A DNA stretch of 47,448 nucleotides from Bacteroidota bacterium (GTDB lineage Bacteria > Bacteroidota > Ignavibacteria > UBA10030), in contig JACVXU010000001.1 in assembly GCA_015661185.1 (NCBI GenBank), positions 1-47,448 of the forward strand, given 5' to 3'. The notes beneath the pieces are model-generated. The model made no database searches. It was not told the origin of the DNA and saw nothing but the letters and a program-made list of their open reading frames with translations. Positions 26,631-36,308 of the stretch are shown here, in pieces. Positions within the stretch are counted from its first letter, which is position 1. Each line of letters starts with the position of its first letter. Both the position numbers and the translations under genes were made by a program.

Positions 26631-27392
26631 ATGCGTACGAAGACTATCGCTGGCAACTGGAAAATGAACAAGGATTTCCTCCAGACTGAAGAACTCATCG
26701 ATGAACTCAAGAAGGCGTTGAGTTTCGATCTGAAAGGAGTGAAGGTGATCATCTGTCCCCCCTTCACATCTCTCGAGCTCGCACATCGTCTGATTCACGG
26801 ATCGGCGATCGAACTCGGCGCCCAGAACATGCATCACGAGGACGAAGGCGCGTTCACGGGTGAAGTGTCCCCCACGATGCTGAAAGCCGTTGGATGCAAG
26901 TACGTCATCCTCGGACACTCCGAGCGGAGACAGTACTTCCACGAGAGCGACGCATTCATTAACAAGAAAGTGAAAAAGGCGATCGCGGCGGGATTGACCT
27001 CGATAGTCTGCTTCGGAGAAACACTCGATCAGAGAGAGAAAAACATCACTGCTCAGGTCGTGACTGCGCAAGTTCGTGGAGTGTTAGAGGATATCGCTGC
27101 GGAAAACGTCGAGAGACTAATTCTCGCCTACGAGCCGGTGTGGGCAATCGGCACAGGAAGAAATGCGACACCCCAGCAGGCAGAAGAAGTTCACGTCCTG
27201 GTCCGAAAACTGCTGGGCGAGATGTACACTGCGTCAACTGCGGAAAGAGTCATCATACAGTACGGCGGGAGCGTCAAGCCGGAGAATGCTGCAGAACTGC
27301 TCTGGCAGCCAAACGTCGATGGGGCCCTTGTCGGAGGCGCCTGTTTGAAAGCCGATTCCTTTGCTGGCATTATCAAAGCCGCCGCCCGGTAG
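26631..27392 (+). CDS. tpiA: Triosephosphate isomerase
   Basis: 'IAGNWKMN', 'GAFTGEVS', 'ILGHSERR', 'AYEPVWAIGTG', 'YGGSVKP', 'DGALVGGA'. Confidence 0.97.
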   Translation: MRTKTIAGNWKMNKDFLQTEELIDELKKALSFDLKGVKVIICPPFTSLELAHRLIHGSAIELGAQNMHHEDEGAFTGEVSPTMLKAVGCKYVILGHSERRQYFHESDAFINKKVKKAIAAGLTSIVCFGETLDQREKNITAQVVTAQVRGVLEDIAAENVERLILAYEPVWAIGTGRNATPQQAEEVHVLVRKLLGEMYTASTAERVIIQYGGSVKPENAAELLWQPNVDGALVGGACLKADSFAGIIKAAAR

Positions 27393-27569
27393 GCTGTTGG
27401 AAGGGCAATCCGGCTGACTGGTGTCGGAGGATCTGGAAGTTCTGCTCTTGACAGCATTGTTCCACGGACTCAGTGGTTTGTTCTTCAATTGATGGCCAGA
27501 AATCCTTGAAATTCTAGCGTTTAGACGGATTCCCAAGTCTGCAAATGCTATGATTTTCGTTGATTTCCG

Positions 27570-27598
27570 GCCATTTCTGTATTATATTCCTGCCAACG
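27570..27598 (+). promoter_or_regulatory. Putative sigma70-type promoter of the GH2-like/smc/lpx operon
   Basis: TTGATT-N17-TATATT. It lies inside the 5' extension of the ORF-track call, which argues for a later start codon. Confidence 0.5.
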
Positions 27599-27657
27599 TT
27601 TCACGGGTTGGGAAATCAATCCGTCCCGTCTTATTGGCCCATTACCCTCGTAGAGAA

Positions 27658-30288
27658 TTGATCAGAAAATCTCAAAGTTTTTCCAGAATTCTCCCTCTTG
27701 TCTTCGCCTTTCTTTGCCTCAATACGGGCTTTCCTGCCCTGGGTCAGGTCACGATTTACGAAAACGGCCAGCCAACTCTCATCGGCTCTGATGCAAGTAT
27801 GCACATCGACAACCAATCGAGACGCAAAATCGATTTGGCAGGCACGTGGACATATTCCATGGACAACGAGACCTGGAAAGAGGTCAAGGTCCCCGGCTCA
27901 TTCGACTACAAAGGACGGATAACCTTTGTCCGGAAGTTTACACTCGACAAAACGACACTCACTTCATCCGCGTTTCACCTGGTCGGATTTGGAATCAATC
28001 ACGACGCTGAGATTTACATCAACGACCTCTTTGTCGGCAGGCACGTCGGCGGCTACACCACTGTCGATATTGATTTGCCCGAGAACGCTCTGCAATTGGG
28101 AAGCGAAAACGCCATTAAAATTATCGTCAACAACAACCTCAGCGCTTGGTCGACGCTTCCGCTGAGACAGCAGATCTGGGGATGGCGCGACTATGGGGGC
28201 ATCTTGCGCGACATCTATTTGCTTGTCACGCCAAAACTCTGGATCGATCGGCTAGGCGTTGATGCAAATCTAAGTGCCGACCTCACTCTGGGAACAGTCA
28301 ATGTTGTCGGTGTCCTCAACAGCAAGTTATCCGGAATCCCGGACGATACCCTTAGCGCTTTGATCGGCTCCGCACAACCGAGCTTCGTGGTGGAAGTCGT
28401 CGACAGATCAACTGGTGCAGTCGTTGGGCAATCGCCGCCTCAGCCGGTGAACGTACCCCCCAATCGGGACTATGAGATGAAGGTTGCTGTGGCTATGAAG
28501 TCGCCTCGACTGTGGAGCCCCGAGTCGCCGGATCTGTACATTGTTCGGGGAAAACTCACCGTGCAACAGGGGAAGCAGGTGAAGGTGATCGACGAGTTCG
28601 ATTGTGTCACAGGCTTCCGCCGGTTTGAAAGCGACAATAATGGCTTTGCCCTGAATGGAAAATCCGTCATCCTGCGCGGTGTTGTGTGGCACGAAGATGC
28701 ACCTCGCTTTGGAGCTTCGCTCTCGTATGAGCAGATGGAGAAGGACATCACCCTCATCAAGACGCTTGGGGCGAATGCGGTCAGATTCGCATTTCATCCT
28801 CCTCATCCTTATGTCTTGAATCTTTGTGATCGTTATGGCCTCCTTGCTTTTGTTGAAATTCCCGCCAGGAGCGTCCCCGGAGAAATTCTTGATCAGGAGC
28901 ATTTCAAGTTGCTTGCTGAAGCAATGATGGGCGAGGTGATCGAGCGGGATCAACATCGTCCCTCTGTCGTTGCCTGGGGAGTCGGGGATGGTTTCGACTC
29001 CGCGGATCCCCGCACTTGCAGCTTTGTCGAGAGGATCGCTGCAGCAGCTCGGAAACTGGATCACCGACTAGTCTATTTCGGGTCGTGCGTGGTTTCAAAC
29101 GATCGGTGTGCTGGAACAATGGACATTGCGGCAGTCAGATTCTCGGCAGAGGCCCCTGGTTCTCTCAAGAGCAGTATCCTTACGTGGAAGGAAGCACACC
29201 CCGAGCAGCCTGTCGTGATCCTCGCCTACGGGAAAACAGTCGAGCCCGAGAACCGCAACGGCTGGAGCGACCCGATGTCCCAGGAGGCTCAGGCCGAGTA
29301 TTTCAAGAAAGCGATTTCCGTCATCAAGGAAGCAGGTGTCGCGGGATCCTTCATTGATGCATTCGCCGATTGGAGGGGAGACCGTCCTTTGATGGCGATA
29401 AGCGCCGGTGATAGGTACGTGTACCCTCTCGGACTTCTCAGCTATTCCCGGGAGAAGCGAGCGTCCTTCGAGATGGTCAAGCTTCTCTACAATGGAGAGA
29501 AAACGAATGCACTTCCGATAGGGCGCTACCGTGCGTCGTTCCCGGTCGCACACATCATTTGGGGGTTCGGGGTTATCTTCGTGGTTGCATATCTCTATCA
29601 CTACAATCGTCGGTTCAACGAAACATTTAAACGCGCGCTGCTCCGTTCTTACAACTTCTATGCGGACCTCCGGGATGTCCATACCGTGTCAATTCCTCAG
29701 ACCTTCGTCCTTGCAGCGACAGTCTCAGTGACGCTCGGAGTCATCCTCTCCGGAATCCTGTACCGATTCAAGACGGAAACGCTGGCGGACTACCTTCTGA
29801 CCACGTTGGTGGTGTCGGACGGTACAAAAGAGAGCCTTATTACTGCAACCTGGCATCCGTTCCCCGGCATTCTACTGTTCTCCCTGGTTTTGCTACTGTG
29901 GTATCCCGCTGTGGCATTATTGATCCGGTTGTTGGCCCTTCTCGTGAAGCGAAGAGTATACTGGTACCACGCTTTTGCAGTTGCGGTGTGGGGCTCGCTT
30001 CCCATCGTCCTGTTGAGTCCGGTCGCGATGGCGTTTTTCAAGCTTCTCGAGAGTACTCTCAACGTGCTCCTTGCCTTTGCATTGGTCGCAGTCTTCCTGA
30101 TCTGGTCGTTGCTCAGAACGCTTAAGGGCGTCTCGGTCATATACGATGTCAGCCCGCTCAAGGCATATGCCGGAGGAATCCTTCTGGTTCTGGTCTTCCT
30201 CGGAGGGGTGTTTCTCTACTATGAGTCGACCTATGCTCTCTCTGCGTATATCGAATTCTTCTTCCACATTGGGCGGAGCCTCGGTTAA
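27658..30288 (+). CDS. GH2-fold exported protein with a C-terminal multi-TM domain; probably catalytically inactive
   Basis: GH2 landmarks 'GRHVGGYT', 'YGGILRDIYL', 'LWSPESPDLY', 'GFRRFE...FALNGK', 'LGANAVR', 'CDRYGLL'. The expected NE and EYG motifs read DG and AYG. About six TM segments at the C-terminus. Start uncertain (TTG 27658 chosen; the frame is open from 27550). Confidence 0.82.
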   Translation: MIRKSQSFSRILPLVFAFLCLNTGFPALGQVTIYENGQPTLIGSDASMHIDNQSRRKIDLAGTWTYSMDNETWKEVKVPGSFDYKGRITFVRKFTLDKTTLTSSAFHLVGFGINHDAEIYINDLFVGRHVGGYTTVDIDLPENALQLGSENAIKIIVNNNLSAWSTLPLRQQIWGWRDYGGILRDIYLLVTPKLWIDRLGVDANLSADLTLGTVNVVGVLNSKLSGIPDDTLSALIGSAQPSFVVEVVDRSTGAVVGQSPPQPVNVPPNRDYEMKVAVAMKSPRLWSPESPDLYIVRGKLTVQQGKQVKVIDEFDCVTGFRRFESDNNGFALNGKSVILRGVVWHEDAPRFGASLSYEQMEKDITLIKTLGANAVRFAFHPPHPYVLNLCDRYGLLAFVEIPARSVPGEILDQEHFKLLAEAMMGEVIERDQHRPSVVAWGVGDGFDSADPRTCSFVERIAAAARKLDHRLVYFGSCVVSNDRCAGTMDIAAVRFSAEAPGSLKSSILTWKEAHPEQPVVILAYGKTVEPENRNGWSDPMSQEAQAEYFKKAISVIKEAGVAGSFIDAFADWRGDRPLMAISAGDRYVYPLGLLSYSREKRASFEMVKLLYNGEKTNALPIGRYRASFPVAHIIWGFGVIFVVAYLYHYNRRFNETFKRALLRSYNFYADLRDVHTVSIPQTFVLAATVSVTLGVILSGILYRFKTETLADYLLTTLVVSDGTKESLITATWHPFPGILLFSLVLLLWYPAVALLIRLLALLVKRRVYWYHAFAVAVWGSLPIVLLSPVAMAFFKLLESTLNVLLAFALVAVFLIWSLLRTLKGVSVIYDVSPLKAYAGGILLVLVFLGGVFLYYESTYALSAYIEFFFHIGRSLG

Positions 30289-33200
30289 TGTATCTATCCA
30301 AGCTTGAAGTCTTCGGATTCAAGTCATTCGCCCAGAAGATCAATCTGACTTTTGATGCCGGCCTCACGGCGATCGTCGGGCCGAATGGTTGCGGCAAAAC
30401 CAATGTTGTCGATGCCATCCGGTGGGCTCTCGGGGAGCAGAGACCAACCATGCTGCGCAGCGACAAGATGGAGGACGTCATCTTCAACGGTACGAAGAAC
30501 CGAAAGCCGCTGAGTATCGCCGAGGTGTCGCTCACCATCGAGAACACCAAGGGCATTCTTCCTTCGGAATACACGGAAGTTGTCGTTACCCGCCGGGTGT
30601 ACCGCTCCGGCGAGAGTGAGTACTATCTCAACAAGGCTCTCTGTCGTTTGAAGGACATTCGCGATCTGTTCATGGATACCGGCATGGGATCGGACGCGTA
30701 TTCCGTGATCGAACTGAAAATGGTCGAAACGATCCTGAGCGACAGCGCAGACGAGCGACGAAGGCTTTTCGAGGAAGCGGCCGGTGTCACAAAGTACAAG
30801 CATCGCCGGAAGGAAGCATACCGGAAGCTTGAATCGGTGCAGCACGACCTTACGCGCGTGAGCGATATCGTACGGGAAGTTCAGAAAGCGGTAAACTCCC
30901 TCGAGCGGCAGGCGCACAAAGCTGAACGCTACAATGAGTACGCGAAGAACGTTCACATCCTCGAAACAAATCTTATCGCCAGGGAATACGCCAGCGTTGT
31001 TACGAAGATCTCCCCGCTGCAGGAACAACTGAACCAGGCTGTGACCGAAAAATCGAAAATCCATGTCGGGCTATCTCAGGAAGAGGCCCTCCTCGACGTC
31101 CTTCGTGCGGAGATGGAAGAGTCGGAAGATCGAATGGCCGAATTACAGACGGCATACTCCGATCATCAGGTGAAAGTCCATCAGGCCGAACGGTCCATCG
31201 CGACCTCGAATGAACGGCGACGCTCCCTCGCGGTGAATATCGAGCGGTTCGAAAAGGAAAAGGTCCAGCTGCGCCAGCGGGAAGAGGAGTTGGGGCGCAG
31301 ACAGGACGAGCTCGCTGTGAAGCTCGCAGAAGTGCGCGTGAAGTCTGCTGCGGCAGAGGAAGCGTACCGTCACAAGAAAGAAGAACTGGACAAGTTCGAG
31401 CATCAGCTCAACGAGAAAAAGTCCGAGATGAAGGCCCACCAGGATCGTGTGATTGCCCTGTTACACGAAGTGTCTGAAGTGAGAAACCGTGAAGGGCATG
31501 CAAGGGCGAGGACGGAAAACCTCCGCGGCCGGATTGATTATACGGCAGACGAGAACCAGCGGTCCAAAGAAGAAATCGAGAAGAATACCGAGCTCGTCCT
31601 TCACCTTTCGGCGGAGGATCGTGAGCTGCGGCGGAAACATGCTGAAGCCGAGGTTCGCGTCCATCAGAAGGAAGCACGAAAGATTGAACTTCAAAAGGAG
31701 CTGGAGTCGCTGCGCGATCGCGATTTCGAGATGCGAACCACGATTGACCGCAAGCAGGCGAAGATGGACTTCCTGAAGGGCCTGGTCGAGAACTTCGACG
31801 GGTACTCCGAGGGTGCGCGGTATCTCATTACGAGCGGTGACTGGAAGTCGATTGTCGAGACGACTGTCGGCGAAGCGGCGACAGTGGATCCGCGGTACAG
31901 GATTGCGATCGAATCGGCGCTGGGCGATACGTCCGGGTACGTTATCGTATCGAACATCGACCATGCCTACGGTGCGATTGAGTATCTGAAAAAAGAACAG
32001 AAGGGCAAAGCTACCTTCATTTGCCTGGATCGTCTCCCAAAATTGATGGATCACCGGCCGTTGTATACCGATCCGGGCGTCGTTGGCTGGGCGGGAAGCC
32101 TCGTCCACGCGGACGTTCGGTACATGGATGTGTATCGCGTGCTGCTGGATGACACGCTCGTCGTCACCGACGTCGAGGTGGCGCGGCAGTTGGTAGGACG
32201 CGACAAGGGGATCCGCTGCGTCACGCTCGAAGGCGAAATCGTGACGAACAAGGGCGTGCTTCGAGGTGGAAGCGTGCGACAGGATGAAGGAGGACACATC
32301 GGAGGTCGCTCGCAGTTGGAGGAGATGGCCGAGGAAATCCGTGGTCTCGAGCGTCAGCGAGAACGGATGATGCACGAGGTCGAAAGCAGGAACGATGAAC
32401 TCAGTCGCATCGATGTGAAGCAATTGCTTGAAGAGGCAAAGGCCCTCGAGCTGGAAATGACGACCGTCGAAATTCGCATTGCCCAACTGGAATTCGAGAA
32501 GAAACGCGCCGGTGAAATCATCGAGCGCAATCAGACCGAAGCGCAGAAGCTCCAGCAGGAAATCCAGTTGCTCGCTCAAGAACTGAACGCGCTCGGTCCG
32601 GCCGTTGACCGGTTGGAGCAGGACAAAACCGAGGCAGAACGGTTATCCGGCGCTGCCGCGAGTGAACTTGAGACGATGGAGGCGCTGTGGAATGAGTATT
32701 CCAGAGTGGCGAACGATGCGAGCGTACACGTCCTCTCGCTCAAAGGCGAGGAGCGAAGCGTCCACCAGGATATTGATCATACAGCATCGACACTTCAGTC
32801 AGTTGTTGCGACGTTCGACCAACGCACAGCGGACATCGTCTCGGCACGGGAAGAGATTGAGCACCTCGCGATCGACATGAAGGAGACCGAAGACGCTCTG
32901 AGTTCCGCCCGTGTGGAATTGACTTCGCTGAACGAGAAAAAGAAGGGGTTGGAAAAAGAGGTGGCCTCGAAGCGGGGACAGGTACACGAAATTGATCTGA
33001 AATTGAAGGACGAACGGCTCCGCCACGAGGGGTCGCTGAAGGCTGCGTATGACCTGGAAATGAAGATCCAGGAACTTACGATGAGGGCCGAGAACCTCAA
33101 GTCCCGTGCGAAAGAAGAGTTCGATTTGGAGCTTGAACTGCAGACCTTCGACGACAACGAGACATTTGATTTCCACGTGGCGCGCGAAGAGGTTCGTACG

Positions 33201-33836
33201 CTCAAAGAAAAGATCCGCGCTCTGGGCCCGGTGAATTTCGCGGCATTTGATGAGTACAAGAGCGAAAAAGAGCGGCTGGATTTTGTGAACGCTCAGCGAA
33301 AAGACCTGGTCGACTCCGAGCATACGCTCATGGCGACCATTGAAGAGATCAATACGACGGCGCAGAACCAATTCCTTGGGACATTCGGCAAGATCCGCGA
33401 GAATTTCATTACGACCTTCAAAGGACTGTTCGATGAAGGGGATGAGTGTGATCTTCGGATAGATGATGAGGTCGATCCCCTGGAAGCTCGCATCGAGATT
33501 ATCGCGAAGCCGCGCGGTAAACGTCCGACATCAATTGATCTGTTGTCGGGAGGTGAGAAGACTCTGACTGCTATCGCTTTACTCTTTGCGATCTATCTGG
33601 TCAAACCAAGCCCCTTCTGTATCCTCGACGAAGTCGATGCTCCGTTGGACGATTCGAATATCGATCGCTTCACGCGGATACTTCGCAAATTCTCTGACAA
33701 CACTCAGTTCATCGTCGTGACGCACAACAAGCGCACGATGGAATCCGCCAACGCACTGTACGGAGTGACGATGGAAGAGGAAGGAGTCTCCAAGCTCGTA
33801 TCTGTCCGATTTAACGAGACGGTGACGACCGCGTAG
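30288..33836 (+). CDS. smc: Chromosome segregation protein SMC
   Basis: 'GFKSFA', Walker A 'GPNGCGKTN', coiled coils, hinge, 'LSGGEK', 'FCILDEVDAPLD', 'QFIVVTHNK'. Confidence 0.97.
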   Translation: MYLSKLEVFGFKSFAQKINLTFDAGLTAIVGPNGCGKTNVVDAIRWALGEQRPTMLRSDKMEDVIFNGTKNRKPLSIAEVSLTIENTKGILPSEYTEVVVTRRVYRSGESEYYLNKALCRLKDIRDLFMDTGMGSDAYSVIELKMVETILSDSADERRRLFEEAAGVTKYKHRRKEAYRKLESVQHDLTRVSDIVREVQKAVNSLERQAHKAERYNEYAKNVHILETNLIAREYASVVTKISPLQEQLNQAVTEKSKIHVGLSQEEALLDVLRAEMEESEDRMAELQTAYSDHQVKVHQAERSIATSNERRRSLAVNIERFEKEKVQLRQREEELGRRQDELAVKLAEVRVKSAAAEEAYRHKKEELDKFEHQLNEKKSEMKAHQDRVIALLHEVSEVRNREGHARARTENLRGRIDYTADENQRSKEEIEKNTELVLHLSAEDRELRRKHAEAEVRVHQKEARKIELQKELESLRDRDFEMRTTIDRKQAKMDFLKGLVENFDGYSEGARYLITSGDWKSIVETTVGEAATVDPRYRIAIESALGDTSGYVIVSNIDHAYGAIEYLKKEQKGKATFICLDRLPKLMDHRPLYTDPGVVGWAGSLVHADVRYMDVYRVLLDDTLVVTDVEVARQLVGRDKGIRCVTLEGEIVTNKGVLRGGSVRQDEGGHIGGRSQLEEMAEEIRGLERQRERMMHEVESRNDELSRIDVKQLLEEAKALELEMTTVEIRIAQLEFEKKRAGEIIERNQTEAQKLQQEIQLLAQELNALGPAVDRLEQDKTEAERLSGAAASELETMEALWNEYSRVANDASVHVLSLKGEERSVHQDIDHTASTLQSVVATFDQRTADIVSAREEIEHLAIDMKETEDALSSARVELTSLNEKKKGLEKEVASKRGQVHEIDLKLKDERLRHEGSLKAAYDLEMKIQELTMRAENLKSRAKEEFDLELELQTFDDNETFDFHVAREEVRTLKEKIRALGPVNFAAFDEYKSEKERLDFVNAQRKDLVDSEHTLMATIEEINTTAQNQFLGTFGKIRENFITTFKGLFDEGDECDLRIDDEVDPLEARIEIIAKPRGKRPTSIDLLSGGEKTLTAIALLFAIYLVKPSPFCILDEVDAPLDDSNIDRFTRILRKFSDNTQFIVVTHNKRTMESANALYGVTMEEEGVSKLVSVRFNETVTTA

Positions 33837-33851
33837 GGGATCGGAAAACCG

Positions 33852-34568
33852 ATGCTGAGAGTGTTTAGTGATTTCGACGGAACAATTGCAGTGGAGGATG
33901 TCGGAAGCCAGCTCTTCCGGAAGTTCGCTGGATCGAGAGCAGTCGAGATTGTGCGCAACTATCTTGATGGAACGATCACGGCGCGTGACTGTCTGAAACA
34001 GGAGTGTCAGGCCGTCGAGAACGTACCTTTGAGTGAACTCGAAGAGTTTGTCAATCAGTTTTCGCTCGACCCGACGTTTGGTTCGTTTGTTGAATTCTGC
34101 CGGCACCGGAGTATTCCCGTCGTTGTCCTGAGTGATGGTCTCGATTTCTATGTCAACCGGCTTCTGCAGAAGAACGGTTTTGGAGATCTTCCGTTCTTTT
34201 CCAACCACCTGGAATTGATCCAGCAGGGCCTTGTGACGAAGCTGGTGCCGTCATTTCCCCATACTGATGCTGAATGCATACTTTGTGGCAACTGCAAGCG
34301 CAATCACCTCCTGACCCTCTCGGCGGATGACGACATCATTGTGTATATCGGTGATGGCATCTCTGATCGGTGCCCGGTTCGCTATGCAGATATTGTTTTC
34401 GCCAAAGGGCAGTTGATCCGGTACTGCCAGGCGCAGAATGTCACGTATCACGAGTTCAGAGATTTTGACGATATACGCCGGCGGATCGAACTGATCCTCA
34501 AGCAGAAGCGCATCAGGAAGCGTCGGGAGGCCGAGATGGCAAGGCGGGATGTATTCGCTCAAGGTTAA
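33852..34568 (+). CDS. MtnX-like HAD-IB phosphatase
   Basis: 'FSDFDGTIAVED', 'VLSDGLDFYV', 'CGNCK', 'YIGDGISDRCP..ADIVFAK'. Confidence 0.88.
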   Translation: MLRVFSDFDGTIAVEDVGSQLFRKFAGSRAVEIVRNYLDGTITARDCLKQECQAVENVPLSELEEFVNQFSLDPTFGSFVEFCRHRSIPVVVLSDGLDFYVNRLLQKNGFGDLPFFSNHLELIQQGLVTKLVPSFPHTDAECILCGNCKRNHLLTLSADDDIIVYIGDGISDRCPVRYADIVFAKGQLIRYCQAQNVTYHEFRDFDDIRRRIELILKQKRIRKRREAEMARRDVFAQG

Positions 34569-34599
34569 TTGCACTGAATAAATCCGGAGGCACGGCAGG

Positions 34600-35181
34600 T
34601 TGTCAGACATTCGTCAATCATTGTTCCAGTATCGAAGCTACACACCGTTTCCGTTTCTGTTCGCTATGGTGCTGTTTGCGCGACCGACTCCCACAACACT
34701 GTTGAGCGGAGTTGTGCTTACGCTCCTCGGAGAGTCTCTCAGGTTCTGGGGTGTCGCATATGCAGGGAGTCTCACGCGCGTGACCGGCGGAGTCGGAGCC
34801 CCGGAGGTCGTCATCGCTGGCCCTTTCTCGTACGTTCGCAATCCGCTCTATATCGGCAATATTTTTATGTACACTGGGGTCGGTCTCATGGCAAACGCCC
34901 TCACGCCATGGCTGGTGTCGGTTGCTCTTGTCTATTTCATTGTTCAATACTCGCTGATCGTGTCCCTCGAGGAGGAGTTTCTTGAGAAAGAGTTCGGAGA
35001 AGGATATCGCGACTTCAAAAACAACGTGCCGAGGTTTTTTCCGCGCCTTCGTCCATACCAGAATCCTCGCCAGGAACACCAAAAACCGAACTGGGCAGAA
35101 GCAGTCCGCTCTGAGCGGCGGACCTTTCAGGCAATTGTTCTTGCCATGCTCTTGCTGCTCTTGATTTGGATCTGGAGGTAG
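34600..35181 (+). CDS. ICMT/PEMT-family membrane methyltransferase (LmtA-like candidate)
   Basis: 'LFQYRSYTP', 'GESLRFWG', 'GPFSYVRNPLYIGN', 'EEEFLEKEFGEGY..F..NVPRFFP'. TTG start after SD GGAGG. Confidence 0.85.
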   Translation: MSDIRQSLFQYRSYTPFPFLFAMVLFARPTPTTLLSGVVLTLLGESLRFWGVAYAGSLTRVTGGVGAPEVVIAGPFSYVRNPLYIGNIFMYTGVGLMANALTPWLVSVALVYFIVQYSLIVSLEEEFLEKEFGEGYRDFKNNVPRFFPRLRPYQNPRQEHQKPNWAEAVRSERRTFQAIVLAMLLLLLIWIWR

Positions 35182-35184
35182 AGT

Positions 35185-36306
35185 TTGGTCAGGAGCGTGA
35201 TGATCATAGCAGGGGAAGCGTCGGGGGATCTGCACGGGGCCGGCGTGGTCCGGGAACTTAAAAGGGCCAACCCCTCGATTGACATATTTGGTGTCGGAGG
35301 GGATCGGATGAAGCAGGAGGGGATGCGATTGATCTACCATGTGAACGAGCTTGGGTTCATGGGATTTGTAGAAGTGATCAAGCATCTGCCAGTCATCCGA
35401 TCGATGAAGAAAACGCTGGAAACCGTTCTCCGGCACAAAAAACCTGACGTCGTTTTGCTGATCGACTATCCGGGATTTAACCTCCGCTTCGCTAAAACGG
35501 CGAAACGAAGTGGCTCAAAGGTCGTTTATTACATCAGTCCGCAGGTGTGGGCGTGGCATCCGTCGCGGGTGAAGAAGATGCGCGGAATTGTCGATACGAT
35601 GCTGGTGATTTTTCCCTTCGAGGCTGACCTCTATCGAAAAGAAGGGATTGATGCTGAGTTCGTCGGTCATCCCTTGCTGGAAGTTTTGAACTCGGACCTC
35701 GATCGGAAGGGGTTCGGCAAACGCTTTGGCCTCGTTGCGGACAAGAAGGTTCTCGCGCTCCTGCCTGGCAGCCGGATGCAGGAAATTGAAATGATCTTCC
35801 CAGAGATGCTGAAAGCGGCGCGGGCAATCGCGCGTGAGGAAGGGATGGAAATTGTCCTGGCTGTGGCTCCGACACTTCAGGAAGAACATTTTCGGACTTT
35901 CTACAACCTGGAGGGCATCCGGATTGTGAAGAACGCCTCGTACGAGGTGATGCGGAATGCGGACTTCGCCCTCGTGACATCGGGGACCGCGACGCTGGAA
36001 ACAGGATTGTTCGGGACACCGATGGTTGTCGTGTACAAGACGTCGTGGCCGACGTATCTGATCGGACGTCTGTTGATCCGCTTGAAGAACATCGGCCTTG
36101 TGAATATCGTCGCCGGAAAACAAATCGTTCCGGAGTTCATACAACATCGTGCAACAGCAGCGAATCTCGCCCGTGAGGTTCTCGGAATCCTCCGCAACGA
36201 GGAGTCCCTTTCAGCCATGAAGAAAGAGCTTTCGGCCGTGAGAGGAAAACTCGGCGAGAGCGGTGCTTCCTCTCGGGTTGCACAACGAATCCTCCAAATG
36301 GTCTGA
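35185..36306 (+). CDS. lpxB: Lipid-A-disaccharide synthase
   Basis: 'IAGEASGDLHG', 'MGFVEV', 'IDYPGFNL', 'YYISPQVWAW', 'FVGHPL', 'LLPGSR', 'SGTATLE'. Confidence 0.96.
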   Translation: MVRSVMIIAGEASGDLHGAGVVRELKRANPSIDIFGVGGDRMKQEGMRLIYHVNELGFMGFVEVIKHLPVIRSMKKTLETVLRHKKPDVVLLIDYPGFNLRFAKTAKRSGSKVVYYISPQVWAWHPSRVKKMRGIVDTMLVIFPFEADLYRKEGIDAEFVGHPLLEVLNSDLDRKGFGKRFGLVADKKVLALLPGSRMQEIEMIFPEMLKAARAIAREEGMEIVLAVAPTLQEEHFRTFYNLEGIRIVKNASYEVMRNADFALVTSGTATLETGLFGTPMVVVYKTSWPTYLIGRLLIRLKNIGLVNIVAGKQIVPEFIQHRATAANLAREVLGILRNEESLSAMKKELSAVRGKLGESGASSRVAQRILQMV

Positions 36307-36308
36307 AT

